A stretch of DNA of 64,000 nucleotides from NCBI GenBank assembly GCA_003290465.1, contig CP030759.1, positions 1,205,144 to 1,269,143 of the forward strand. The letters run 5' to 3'. A program made the translations under genes and the position numbers. Positions 1 to 9,553 of the stretch are shown in pieces. Position 1 is the first letter of the stretch. Every line of letters starts with the position of its first letter. This stretch comes from Candidatus Sumerlaea chitinivorans (GTDB lineage: Bacteria > Sumerlaeota > Sumerlaeia > Sumerlaeales > Sumerlaeaceae). Under the pieces are notes generated by a model. That model searched no databases and was not told the origin of the DNA. It was given only the letters and a program-made list of their open reading frames with translations.

Positions 1-533
1 GCTCATCCGCGAGGATGAGGTCTGGATTGTTTATCAGCGCACGTGCCAGAGCAACCCGCTGCTGCTCGCCACCTGACAATTTGGCAGGCCGGTGGTGAAG
101 TCGCTCCCCAAGTCCAAGCGCTGTCAGACGCTCGGTCGCCTCGCGTTCGAGTTCACTCCGGGGGCGCCCCAGAATCAAGCCGGGAATCATGACATTCTCC
201 AGTGCGCTGAACTCTGCCAACAGATGATGAAACTGGAAAATGAACCCCACATTACGGTTTCGAATCTGAGCGAGCTCTGCACTGTTTAAACGGGAGAGCT
301 CTTGACCTCGTAAGAAGATCTGGCCGGCAGTGACGCGGTCCAAGGCGCCTAACAGGTGAAGAAGCGTGCTTTTGCCCACGCCACTTGCTCCAACAATTGA
401 GACTATCTCCCCCTCGCGTACCGTAAGATTGACCCCACGCAAAACATGCAGTTCGCGCGTGGCGTCTAAGTACGATTTGTGAACGTTGCGCGCTTCAAGC
501 ACGATGGAATTCTGGGAGGGGCTCTTACTCATA
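1..533 (-). CDS. lolD: ABC transporter ATP-binding protein, LolD/MacB-type (N-terminal part; gene runs off the window start)
   Basis: Reverse-strand translation from ATG at 531-533 reads MSKSPSQNSIVLEARNVHKSY...GASGVGKSTLLHLLG (Walker A)...LSGGEQQRVALARAL (ABC signature)...LILADE (Walker B). Start overlaps the stop of the adjacent FtsX-type permease gene. Absent from ORF track because no stop lies inside the window. Confidence 0.8.
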
Positions 534-1757
534 GCGCAGCGCCTCAACGGGATCCAGTCGTGCGGCTTGGCGGGCGGGATAGTACGAGGCCGCAAGGCAA
601 ATGGTAAGAGCTGAGAAAACGATGAGGATGTTCCACCATGGATTGATAAGGATCGGAATTCGATCTGACAGATAGGCTTCAGAGAGCAGGTCTATTTTTA
701 CATGGTATTTCAGTAAATAACACGTCCCGAGCCCGAGCACCGCGCCAATTGCCGTTCCCACCATTCCAATGAATGTCCCCTGGAAAAGAAAAATCCGCAG
801 AATGGCTTGCTCAGTCGCCCCCATGGATTTGAGAATTCCGATCTCCCGGGTTTTTTCGATCACCACCATGATGAGAGTCCCGATGATGTTGAAGGCCGCT
901 ACGAGGACGATAAGCAGAAGAATGATAAACATTGCCCATTTTTCGAGTACGAGTGCGTCGAAAAGAACAGGATTTCGCTCTCGCCACGTTGTGACGGTGT
1001 AATCGGGTCCAACCGCGGCCTGCACTTTTTTGCGCGCTTCGTCCACCTTCTCGGGATCATTTACCACTAAATGGATCCCATCGACCTCATTCGGAGGCAC
1101 CATGAATAGCGCTCGAGCTGTCTCCAAGCTTGTATATCCAATCATTTCGTCGGCTTCGGGAAAACCACTTTCGAACGCCCCGCACACAATCGCATTGCGC
1201 GCCAAAGCAGCTCCTCCAGTGGGAGTCCGCACAACTTTTGGAGAGAGCACGGTCACTTTTGTGCCGAGAGGGATGTAGAGCTTTTGAAGAATTTTTTTGC
1301 CCAACACGATTTCGCCGGGACCGGGCAGTTTTTTCCCAACGACTTTGTCCATGAGACGGGTCACATGCTGTTCCGCCTCCAAATCCACCCCTTGAATAAA
1401 AATCGCCGTCTGGCGTGGCTCCTCCCCTTCCCCAGGAACCACTTGGATGAGAGCTTGGCGCATAATGACGGGCCCCGCCGCTTTTACCTCAGGCACCGAG
1501 CGGACGATGGGCAACAGCTTGTCAGGATCCACCGGTGGCGAGTCCGTGGTGGTTCGAACAATTTCAATGTGCGCATAGGCACCGATGATTTTCTGGACAA
1601 GGTTTGAATCGAATCCCTCCATCACCGCAAGGACCACAATCAATGCGTAGACCCCCAGGGCGACACCCGCGATCGAGATGATCGTTATGAGTGAGATCAG
1701 CGCCTTATGTGTCCCTGAGAATAGATAGCGGCGTGCAATAAACGGCTCGAACCGCAA
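525..1757 (-). CDS. lolE: Lipoprotein-release ABC transporter permease, LolC/LolE (FtsX) family
   Basis: 410 aa; N-terminus MRFEPFIARRYLFSGTHKALISLITIISIAGVALGV typical of LolC/E; large extracytoplasmic domain between TM1 and TM2; C-terminal FtsX-type TM bundle. Apparent TTG start. Confidence 0.8.
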   Translation of the reverse strand: MRFEPFIARRYLFSGTHKALISLITIISIAGVALGVYALIVVLAVMEGFDSNLVQKIIGAYAHIEIVRTTTDSPPVDPDKLLPIVRSVPEVKAAGPVIMRQALIQVVPGEGEEPRQTAIFIQGVDLEAEQHVTRLMDKVVGKKLPGPGEIVLGKKILQKLYIPLGTKVTVLSPKVVRTPTGGAALARNAIVCGAFESGFPEADEMIGYTSLETARALFMVPPNEVDGIHLVVNDPEKVDEARKKVQAAVGPDYTVTTWRERNPVLFDALVLEKWAMFIILLLIVLVAAFNIIGTLIMVVIEKTREIGILKSMGATEQAILRIFLFQGTFIGMVGTAIGAVLGLGTCYLLKYHVKIDLLSEAYLSDRIPILINPWWNILIVFSALTICLAASYYPARQAARLDPVEALRYE

Positions 1758-1924
1758 CGATCACTCCTCTACTCAGTCATAGTTGCCCACGTAACTCTGT
1801 GGGATGATTGTCAGTCGACTCGCCGGTGCAAGTACAAACGCCATGCGTTGCGTCTGACAGGTGTCTCAAACAGTGCACTAAGAACCAGTTTCTCATCCAA
1901 GTTTAAACTGCATCAGAAAAGCTG

Positions 1925-1962
1925 TGGGGCTCTCCGACCTTTTGTCGGTCAGGAGAGCCCCA
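1925..1962 (-). terminator. Rho-independent terminator downstream of hppA
   Basis: Inverted repeat ggggctctccgacc / ggtcaggagagcccc forms a ~14-bp GC-rich stem just downstream of the hppA stop (1997); on the minus strand it is followed by a U-rich tract (cuuuucu). Coordinates approximate. Confidence 0.6.
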
Positions 1963-1996
1963 CAAGGATCTCGTTTTTTTGCGCGTTGCGTCACGC

Positions 1997-4180
1997 TTAA
2001 ATGAACAGTGGTGCAAGCACTAAGGTGACGGTGCTTAATAGCTTGATCAGCACGTGCAAGGAGGGGCCAGCCGTATCCTTGAATGGATCTCCAACGGTGT
2101 CGCCGACGACGGCTGCTTTATGGGCATCCGAGCCCTTTCCACCATATTGGCCCGTCTCGATATACTTCTTGGCATTGTCCCACGCACCGCCACCATTGTT
2201 CATGAAGAGTGCCATCAGAATGCCGGCAATCGTGCCGACCATAAGCAAGGCGGCGACAGACTGAGGTGCAACCCCTTCTTTCGTGACGAATTTCAGGCCG
2301 AAACCCAGCGCCGCGGGCACGACCACGGGGAGAATTCCCGGCAAGACCATTTCTTTCAAAGCGGCCTTGGTCACGATATCCACGCAGCGAGCGTAATCGG
2401 GTTTGTCCTTACCCTCCATAATTCCCGGCTTTTCACGGAATTGCCGCCGCACCTCCTCGATGACGGACTGCGCGGCTTTACCCACGGAGCGAATCGCAAG
2501 CGCGGAGAACAAGAAGACAAGCATAGCGCCGATCGATGCCCCAATGAACACCGGCACGTGCCCAAGGTCCACCGTGGTCATAATGGCTTTCCCGGCATGA
2601 CGTAGATACTCATTCACTTCATCGATGTAGGCTTGGAACAGCAGGAACGCGGCTAACGCGGCAGATCCAACCGCATAGCCTTTCGTCAAGGCTTTGGTGG
2701 TATTGCCAACTGCGTCGAGGCGGTCGGTCTTTTCGCGAATGCTTTCGGGCTGCTGGCTCATTTCCACGATTCCGCCCGCGTTGTCCGTGATGGGTCCAAA
2801 GGTGTCCATTGCCAAGATGTAGGCGGCAGTGGACAACATGCCCATGGTCGCAATCGCGGTACCGTACAAACCGGCGGCCGTGGGGCTAATACCCGCTTTG
2901 GTCATTCCACCCCAGCCACCGAGGACATGCAGCATCCCCAATTGGCCAAATTTATAGGCAAGCATCAGGGCCACCGAAATCACAACGATCGGAATGGCCG
3001 TGCACTCCATACCAACCGATAAGCCAGAGATGATGGTGGTGGCAGGGCCAGTACGGCAGGAGTCCGCGATCCATTTCACGGGGCGATACCGATACTCAGT
3101 GTAATACTGCGTAATCCACACGAACGCGTAAGAGCATAGGATACCGACGACTCCGGCGAGGAAGAAGTAAATCTGGCCCTTCAGAAGCAACAGGACAGCA
3201 ATGTAGAACCCGATAATCCCTAAAATCGTTGTGACGAGGTAGCCGCGGTTGAGGGCCGACATGGGATCCTCCCATCCACTCTCCTCGCTGCCTTTGACCT
3301 TTACCGAAAGCACACCGACGATCGAGGCGATGAGTCCCAAAGCACGCGCAAAGAGCGGGAACATGATTGCGCCCAAACCAAACACGGGGCCGTTTTCACC
3401 TGTGATTTTGTAGAGGGCGATACCGAGAATCATGGCCCCAATGTTCTCCGCAGCGGTGGATTCGAAAAGGTCTGCGCCACGGCCCGCACAATCGCCAACA
3501 TTGTCGCCCACGAGGTCAGCGATCACCGCTGGATTTCGAGGATCGTCCTCAGGAATGCCCGCCTCGACTTTGCCAACAAGATCAGCACCAACGTCGGCAG
3601 CCTTCGTGTAGATTCCTCCGCCGAGCTGAGCAAACAGCGCGACGAAGGAGGCGCCAAAGCCGTAACCTACGATTTGCAAAGGTACGATATCGGGGTTCTT
3701 CAATCCGTCAAAAATCCAAAAGAGTAACCCGACACCCAACAGCGACATCGCAACCACCATAATACCCGAAACGGCTCCTCCGCGTAGAGCAACTTGGAGG
3801 GCAGTATTGAGGTTTTTGGTCGCTGCAGATGCAGTACGAATGTTCGAACGAATGGAAATATACATGCCGATGAAACCGGCAAACCCTGAGCAAAATGCAC
3901 CGAACAGGAAAGAAATAAACGTCCGAATGGCCAGCTGGCTGCCCTTCTCCTTGAAGTAGAAGGCAAAGAGGATTGCCGCCAAAACCACAGACAGAATCGC
4001 AATGGTTTTGTACTGGCGCTTTAGGAACGCTTCCGCGCCCTCTTTAATCGCGTTGGAGATCACCTGCATGGCGGGTGTCCCCGTGTCTTTGGCCAATACC
4101 CATTTCGCCATTGCAAAGGCGACGATGAGTCCGGCAACTGAGATCAGCATCGTAACAGCGAAGACAAGTTGCGGCGTCAT
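1997..4180 (-). CDS. hppA: Membrane-bound proton-translocating pyrophosphatase (H+-PPase)
   Basis: ORF 1997..4240; motifs [40 protein letters not shown], many TM helices. Start re-assigned to ATG at 4180 (MTPQLVFAV...); track start is GTG. Confidence 0.93.
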   Translation of the reverse strand: MTPQLVFAVTMLISVAGLIVAFAMAKWVLAKDTGTPAMQVISNAIKEGAEAFLKRQYKTIAILSVVLAAILFAFYFKEKGSQLAIRTFISFLFGAFCSGFAGFIGMYISIRSNIRTASAATKNLNTALQVALRGGAVSGIMVVAMSLLGVGLLFWIFDGLKNPDIVPLQIVGYGFGASFVALFAQLGGGIYTKAADVGADLVGKVEAGIPEDDPRNPAVIADLVGDNVGDCAGRGADLFESTAAENIGAMILGIALYKITGENGPVFGLGAIMFPLFARALGLIASIVGVLSVKVKGSEESGWEDPMSALNRGYLVTTILGIIGFYIAVLLLLKGQIYFFLAGVVGILCSYAFVWITQYYTEYRYRPVKWIADSCRTGPATTIISGLSVGMECTAIPIVVISVALMLAYKFGQLGMLHVLGGWGGMTKAGISPTAAGLYGTAIATMGMLSTAAYILAMDTFGPITDNAGGIVEMSQQPESIREKTDRLDAVGNTTKALTKGYAVGSAALAAFLLFQAYIDEVNEYLRHAGKAIMTTVDLGHVPVFIGASIGAMLVFLFSALAIRSVGKAAQSVIEEVRRQFREKPGIMEGKDKPDYARCVDIVTKAALKEMVLPGILPVVVPAALGFGLKFVTKEGVAPQSVAALLMVGTIAGILMALFMNNGGGAWDNAKKYIETGQYGGKGSDAHKAAVVGDTVGDPFKDTAGPSLHVLIKLLSTVTLVLAPLFI

Positions 4181-4589
4181 AGAACCCTTTCCTAAATAAA
4201 ATTTTGTCGGGAGCCGGAGCCCCCGAGACACTCCTAACACTCACGCGCGCACTTAACGTGTCAAGCGAACTCACGCCCCATTAGGCCACAAAGATGCCAA
4301 GAGGCTTGCAGCAAAGACACGAAGAAAGCACGACGCTACCGAAAGCCAAACAAACAGCTTTTTAGTCTATGTATTCAAAAGATGGTCACAGGATAAGTTA
4401 AATCGTTCCAATTATTTAGTACAAATAATGTACTCTTTCCGCGCAAACATTGACCCTGCGGAACTTGTGGGACGCGAGAGAAGTTCATGCTTGCCGCCAC
4501 AGATCGGTATTATGCGATGGTTTATATGCGCGTCTTAGTTGGCGCCCGGTAAATGATTGAGGGGAGGCAAATGCACGAAGTGAATCAAC

Positions 4590-4635
4590 AAAAAGGCCTT
4601 GTCGGGTTGAGCCCAAAAGGGGGACTCAACCCGAC
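4590..4635 (-). terminator. Rho-independent terminator downstream of the 4670-6064 gene
   Basis: Perfect inverted repeat gtcgggttgag...ctcaacccgac (11-bp stem) downstream of the minus-strand stop at 4670, followed on the minus strand by CCUUUUUGUUG. Coordinates approximate. Confidence 0.65.
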
Positions 4636-4669
4636 AGGCTGAACGGAAATCTGCAAACTTAGCTATGAG

Positions 4670-6064
4670 CTATTGTTTGCTACGGAAAGCGCCGATGAAC
4701 GCATCCAGTTCACTACGGAACTTGGTTAGGTAGGGGGTAAAGTCGGGATCCTGCGGCACAAACATTTCAATCTCTATAAGCTTTGGGGCAATGCTGACAA
4801 TCTTGCCATCTTCGACTTCCACGATCGCGTGACCGATTTGCCGTCCTTCGAAGCCTCCCGTGAGGACCCACGTGTTGCCAACGCGTTGGGCGTTGTTCAT
4901 GTAGTAGTCCTTCGCCTTGCCGGCAGTAAACTCTCCGCACACCACGATGGCAATGCTCTTAGCGGTATCGCCTAACTTTTCAAGCAGCGCGGGGACATCC
5001 TCGCGCGTGTAGTACGCCAAAAGAATGATGAGGTCGCTTTCTTTTTTGGCCTTTGGCAGCGTTTCCTTGAGCGCAGCCACTGGATCGGTGATCTCATAAT
5101 CAGGCTGCGGAGCAGTGGGAATGCGACCGTCCACTGGCTTCGTGACCCCAACAATCGCTACACTCACTTTCTTGCCGTTCATGAGCTTGAGCTTACTTAC
5201 GCGATACGCTGGAAACGCTAACTTCCCGTTTTGGGTGCGGACGTTTGCCGAAACAAATGGCAACGAAAAGCTCGTTTGGAGATCCTGTAGAAAATTGAGC
5301 CCACTGCTGAGGTCGGTAGTACCGACATTTACCGCATCAACTTGCATTTTTGCTAAAGCTTCTGCTATGTAACGAACCCCGATTTTGCTCGGCTCATTTG
5401 CGGGCACCCGCAAATAGCCCCCAGCGTCTACCTTGAGCTGCGGCTGGCCCCCTTCGGCAATAAGTTTGGCGATTTTAGCTTCGCGATCAATGCCACCGAG
5501 GGGATGAGCTGGGCAAGAGCAGGGCTCGAGGCTTGAACGACGATTGCTGGAGTGCAGCAACGAGAAGGCGCGTTCCATAGACTGCGGGGCACTCGTGGGG
5601 CGCAGATGGGCCAGCAAAACCTCCATGCTCACGGTCGTCGGCCGGGCTGCAAATTGGGTGGGTTTGCGTTGAGAGGCCTGCCGTGCCCTCATCTGTGCAA
5701 GCGTCTCTGAAGAAATGCTGGTTTGTCGGGGGCGCGTCGTCAAGCCAGCCCGACGCCGCATTTCCATTATCTCGGTCGTGCTAAAGGTTCGCCGTACCAG
5801 TGGTGGGGTGGACATCCGACGTGCTGGTCGCGCAACCAGTGGACCACTCGTTGCGCGTCCCGCTTTCAAGGGCGCCTCGAGACGCTTTTCTTGCCCCAAC
5901 AAAGGGTTTGGGGTTTCCGAAACAGCTGCCGTGCCAGCTACTTGGGCGAGGGCGCCTCCGACGCAGAAGAGCACGAAAACACCCATGAACCATGCCCCCA
6001 CTCGGCGAGCAGGTTTGTCAGCCAATTTCCAACGTCCCAACATCATTATCCTCCTTGAAAACAC
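4670..6064 (-). CDS. Membrane-anchored hypothetical protein with low-complexity linker and C-terminal degenerate 5'-nucleotidase/metallophosphatase-like domain
   Basis: 464 aa; N-terminal hydrophobic segment AWFMGVFVLFCVGGALAQVAG; Arg/Ser/Thr/Pro-rich linker; C-terminal region (LPFVSANVRTQNGK...KVSVAIVGVT...DLIILLAYYT...IAIVVCGE) follows the UshA/5'-nucleotidase N-domain pattern, but positions normally GNHEFD and GHSH read GTTDLS and VCGE. Start codon uncertain. Confidence 0.5.
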   Translation of the reverse strand: MFSRRIMMLGRWKLADKPARRVGAWFMGVFVLFCVGGALAQVAGTAAVSETPNPLLGQEKRLEAPLKAGRATSGPLVARPARRMSTPPLVRRTFSTTEIMEMRRRAGLTTRPRQTSISSETLAQMRARQASQRKPTQFAARPTTVSMEVLLAHLRPTSAPQSMERAFSLLHSSNRRSSLEPCSCPAHPLGGIDREAKIAKLIAEGGQPQLKVDAGGYLRVPANEPSKIGVRYIAEALAKMQVDAVNVGTTDLSSGLNFLQDLQTSFSLPFVSANVRTQNGKLAFPAYRVSKLKLMNGKKVSVAIVGVTKPVDGRIPTAPQPDYEITDPVAALKETLPKAKKESDLIILLAYYTREDVPALLEKLGDTAKSIAIVVCGEFTAGKAKDYYMNNAQRVGNTWVLTGGFEGRQIGHAIVEVEDGKIVSIAPKLIEIEMFVPQDPDFTPYLTKFRSELDAFIGAFRSKQ

Positions 6065-6161
6065 TCAGCTCTGGGAATGGTGATTATGCACAGCCTACCA
6101 GCTATTCCACCTGCGTCTACCCGTGGGCAGTTTTCTGTCTAAGCGACGGGGCCTCCAAACG

Positions 6162-7757
6162 TCACTGGGCATTTTTCCCCAACGACTCTCGGATGCTATT
6201 GGCCCAACGCCGCACCTCGTCCGCTCGGCTCCCCCCAACTTGTAGGTACCGCTCGTAGTATTTCAACGCTTGTTGCTTATCCTGGAGATGATCATCGTAG
6301 ATGATGCCGAGGTTCAGTAGGGCTTTTTCATAGTTTGGGTCGAGCTCGAGAACTTTTTTGAACTGCTCAGCGGCTTTCGCATATTCGCCCTTTTCCATGT
6401 AAACAACCCCCAAGTTGTTGCGAGCGAATTTGTGTTTAGGATCGAGCTCCAAAGCTCTGCGAAATGCACCAATCGCGAGGTCGAGGCGGCGCAATTCTCG
6501 ATACACATTGCCACGCCGGTAGTAAATTTGCGGCTCATTAGGATTTTGAGCGATGGCACGATCAAATTGCGCCTCAGCCGCGTCCAGCTCACCTGCACGA
6601 GCTAAGGCCTCTGCAAGTAAGGCTCGCGTCTCCACATCATTTGGATTCAGTCGCAAAGCCTGCTCATATTCGTTTGCAGCCTCGACCCAACGCTCCGACT
6701 TGCGATAAGAATCGGCCTTCTCCCGGTGAAAAGCGAATGTTCCAAGAGCCACCTTCTCGCGATTACCGTAACCTATGGATCCTCGCTCCGCCCGACTTTC
6801 TTCGCTAAAAGCGACCCGGTTCACTTCTTCTGCCGTCGGCCGCCCGCCTTCAGTGGGCCCAGGACCTTTCCCACCTTCAGAAACGCGTTCTGGGGCATGA
6901 TCCCGTATCTCAATATCCTGACCTTCTTCTTGATTCCCCATCGCTGGCTTCCGCGCCTCGAATCCCCTCTTAGCTCCTGATGGCTTTGAGCCCGCACCCG
7001 TCTGCGCCTGAGCGCTCTTCCCGCGCTTATCCTGCGGTTGTTCGGCGTTCACGATTTCACGAGCAGGAACCTCATGAACGATTTCGACCGGCTGCTGAGG
7101 GATGACCTGGTCGCGCACTCCTCCGACAGGGATCGCATTCTGGGGGCTACGGGGAATAGGTGGGGAAAAAGCTTCACTGCTGACTTTTGGCGGCTTTGGC
7201 AAAAGGAGTCCGACCCGACCAATGAGAGGCCGAGGTTCTGGGGTCGCATCGTCAGGTGCGACTTCGGGCTTGCGAAGGGATTGGATGGTCTCGACTTCCG
7301 ACTGAAGCGCGTCGACGTTGGTGCGGGCAGACTCCTCGCCTTCCTCACTCGAGGCCCCATGCGCTGAACGTCGGCGACTCGCCTGACTGCGGACACCAAG
7401 TTTGGCCAACTCCGCCTTTGCGAGTTCATACTCAGGATTGAGCTCGAGGGCTTTCTCAAAAGCTTCCCGAGCTTCGTCCTTACGCCCTAACCGGGCATAG
7501 ATCCGTCCCAACTCGCAATAGGCTGCCGGCGAGGGTGCGAGGCTCACGGATTTTTGAACCGCCTCGGCAGCTTGTTCGAGCTGCCCGTTGCTTGCGAGAG
7601 CCTTGCCATGAGCAAGGTACTCGATCGCCTGACGACGCCCTTCAAGCGGTCGCGCAGCCGGTCCTGCATTCACGACTCCGGCGAATAGTGCCAATCCAGC
7701 CACGAAAAGTGTGATTCTGCTCGCCATTTCCTGTGTCCACATTCGTTTTTGTATCAT
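6162..7757 (-). CDS. Tetratricopeptide-repeat (TPR) protein, secreted or periplasmic
   Basis: 531 aa; N-terminal signal-like segment ITLFVAGLALFAGVVNAG; TPR-like repeats at both ends (AYCELGRIYARLGRKDEAREAFEKALELNPEY; YYRRGNVYRELRRLDLAIGAFRRALELDPKH; GVVYMEKGEYAKAAEQFKKVLELDPNY); central Pro/Gly/Glu-rich low-complexity region. Confidence 0.75.
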   Translation of the reverse strand: MIQKRMWTQEMASRITLFVAGLALFAGVVNAGPAARPLEGRRQAIEYLAHGKALASNGQLEQAAEAVQKSVSLAPSPAAYCELGRIYARLGRKDEAREAFEKALELNPEYELAKAELAKLGVRSQASRRRSAHGASSEEGEESARTNVDALQSEVETIQSLRKPEVAPDDATPEPRPLIGRVGLLLPKPPKVSSEAFSPPIPRSPQNAIPVGGVRDQVIPQQPVEIVHEVPAREIVNAEQPQDKRGKSAQAQTGAGSKPSGAKRGFEARKPAMGNQEEGQDIEIRDHAPERVSEGGKGPGPTEGGRPTAEEVNRVAFSEESRAERGSIGYGNREKVALGTFAFHREKADSYRKSERWVEAANEYEQALRLNPNDVETRALLAEALARAGELDAAEAQFDRAIAQNPNEPQIYYRRGNVYRELRRLDLAIGAFRRALELDPKHKFARNNLGVVYMEKGEYAKAAEQFKKVLELDPNYEKALLNLGIIYDDHLQDKQQALKYYERYLQVGGSRADEVRRWANSIRESLGKNAQ

Positions 7758-7817
7758 TCTTCCCTCGAGGAAGGGGAATTTTAGCTGTTCTGGGGCAGCT
7801 TAAGCTCGGCAGCCGGT

Positions 7818-8501
7818 TTAGTACGAGTACGCTTCATCCTCAAACACAAGCTTGCCATTCGCGAAACTAAAAACCATTTCCTTGGCTGACTTGAAAGGTG
7901 AACGATAAAGCCAAGTTTCGCGCCGAATGTTCGGCGCAATCGTTGTCGCAATTACTTCGCTTGGGAGGCCATAAACCAAGATGGTTCGCTCCTGATCTGT
8001 GAGCGGACCTTCGTAAACCATGGTGCGGTCCACAAATTGAAATAGGTGATTCAGCCGATGATAAACCCATTCCACGACCAGTTCGCCGCGAGTGGATTTA
8101 TAGGGTCCTCGGAGGTAGTCCGGCTGTCCCCACTCGCGAAGGATTGCTTTCTGCTCTTCGGATAGGACTTCGTCAGGTTGGCGTTTGAGGCGCTTCCCTC
8201 GCATTACATGTTCCACCCCGTGAACGTTCTCATAGTAAGGATACTTACGAAAATGAAGAACGTTATGGGTGTTTTGGGCTGGATAGCGCTTCGTGAGGAT
8301 GGGGCGGCCATCTTCGGTAAAGTCGTACTTGGGGCGTGGCGGACAGACCTGATTCGGCTGATAGCGACTTGGCTGCTCTCCGGATTTCCCCGTGTTAAAA
8401 AACGGGAACGAGAACAGCGGCTTTTGGGCATAAGTTGGCGAAGCCATCAAGATCGGAATAGCAAGGAAAAGAAGACTCCTACTCAGCCACTTGTTGCGCA
8501 T
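7818..8501 (-). CDS. Hypothetical secreted protein
   Basis: 227 aa; signal peptide MRNKWLSRSLLFLAIPILMASPTYAQ; no recognisable catalytic motif. Confidence 0.5.
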   Translation of the reverse strand: MRNKWLSRSLLFLAIPILMASPTYAQKPLFSFPFFNTGKSGEQPSRYQPNQVCPPRPKYDFTEDGRPILTKRYPAQNTHNVLHFRKYPYYENVHGVEHVMRGKRLKRQPDEVLSEEQKAILREWGQPDYLRGPYKSTRGELVVEWVYHRLNHLFQFVDRTMVYEGPLTDQERTILVYGLPSEVIATTIAPNIRRETWLYRSPFKSAKEMVFSFANGKLVFEDEAYSY

Positions 8502-8800
8502 CCGTTAGCACCTCAATTCTTGACCACTTCAGTTATGGCACCCAGCCACGTAAGCCAAACTGCTGCGCCGTGTCCACCGAGCGCCGTATTTTCTGTATTA
8601 TTCACACTGATCTGATTGCTGTAAGCAAGCAAGATCTGCGCCCAAACATTCTGCACTTGTTGGCTGCGCAGTGTGCGAATTTGCTGTACAAAGGGATTGA
8701 AGAGGGGGCGTAGTAAACGCGATTCTGCGTTTGCGGTTGGGATTTTTCCCCCAAAATCATGAAGTTAGTAATCCGTCGAAGGGAAATCGGTGCTCAAATG

Positions 8801-9235
8801 AAAAAACTGGTTTTGACGATTATTGGATCATTCGTCGTGACGGTCGCTTTCGCAGGGGGAGAACTCCCGCGTGGTGCGGCCGCACCTGAGCCGGTCCGTG
8901 TGTTCAAGCCGCGAGACGAACAGAAGCGGCTTGGCCCGCCTGCGGGTGATCAAACCGTTTGTCGTGAGGCACCGTTGCCTGCTCCGTACCGGCCGATTGG
9001 GTGGGGTAAGAAACTCCATGAGAAGTATGGCCCGACGTACTATTACCCGTCTGAGCGCGCCTATGAGGGACTGAACCCTACGTATTATCCGTTTTTCCAT
9101 CCGCGCTTGTGGCCGAACTACAAAGCCCCAGCGCAATATCCCCGCAACCATTTCTGCGGCAGTAGCCGAAGCGGCTGGTATTGGGATGAGTACGACGACT
9201 GGGTGCGGGGCGGCCGTTACGAAGAGCGCCAGTAA
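8801..9235 (+). CDS. Hypothetical secreted Tyr/Pro-rich protein
   Basis: ORF 8759..9235; start re-assigned to MKKLVLTIIGSFVVTVAFAGG (signal peptide). The overlapping minus-strand ORF 8828..9310 is Arg-rich and less protein-like. Confidence 0.45.
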   Translation, partial: KKLVLTIIGSFVVTVAFAGGELPRGAAAPEPVRVFKPRDEQKRLGPPAGDQTVCREAPLPAPYRPIGWGKKLHEKYGPTYYYPSERAYEGLNPTYYPFFHPRLWPNYKAPAQYPRNHFCGSSRSGWYWDEYDDWVRGGRYEERQ

Positions 9236-9553
9236 GACATAGGCAAAAATTGCACAGTTCGGGGCGAAAACGTTCGCGTAGGGAACATTTTTAGGACCAA
9301 ATTTGTCCAATATCTGGACTCACTCAGTGAATATCTCTTCCGGCCGAGCCGATGCGGGACAGCAGCATAAGTTTAGGAACTTCAACAAGATTTGTGCGGA
9401 TGGATGGTTTGAAGAAGGATAGAATCGACCACTCCGTTCTGCCACCTGAGCAAACGGAACAAACTTTGCTCCACTTGCAACGAACGATTGAACAGTCTTT
9501 GAGCTTGAATTTGGTACAGTGAATCGGAAGCATTTCTTCAGAAAGTGGGAAAA

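Noticed and set aside
1974-1980. T7 run that could mark a plus-strand terminator
   Set aside because: No plus-strand gene ends upstream; the adjacent hairpin is better explained as the hppA terminator read on the minus strand.
2054-2605. 183-aa plus-strand ORF (and similar ORFs at 2001..2264, 3700..4002) inside hppA
   Set aside because: Antisense to or overlapping a confidently recognised H+-PPase gene; Arg/His-rich composition typical of spurious ORFs in GC-rich DNA.
8828-9310. 160-aa minus-strand ORF overlapping the 8801..9235 plus-strand gene
   Set aside because: The two are mutually exclusive. The plus-strand ORF has a clean signal peptide; the minus-strand translation is Arg-rich without features. 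Plus strand preferred, with only moderate confidence.
9383-9410. GGAAC-containing sequence upstream of the ECF sigma gene as an autoregulated ECF promoter
   Set aside because: GGAACTT is present, but the expected CGTC-like -10 element at 16-17 bp spacing is not.
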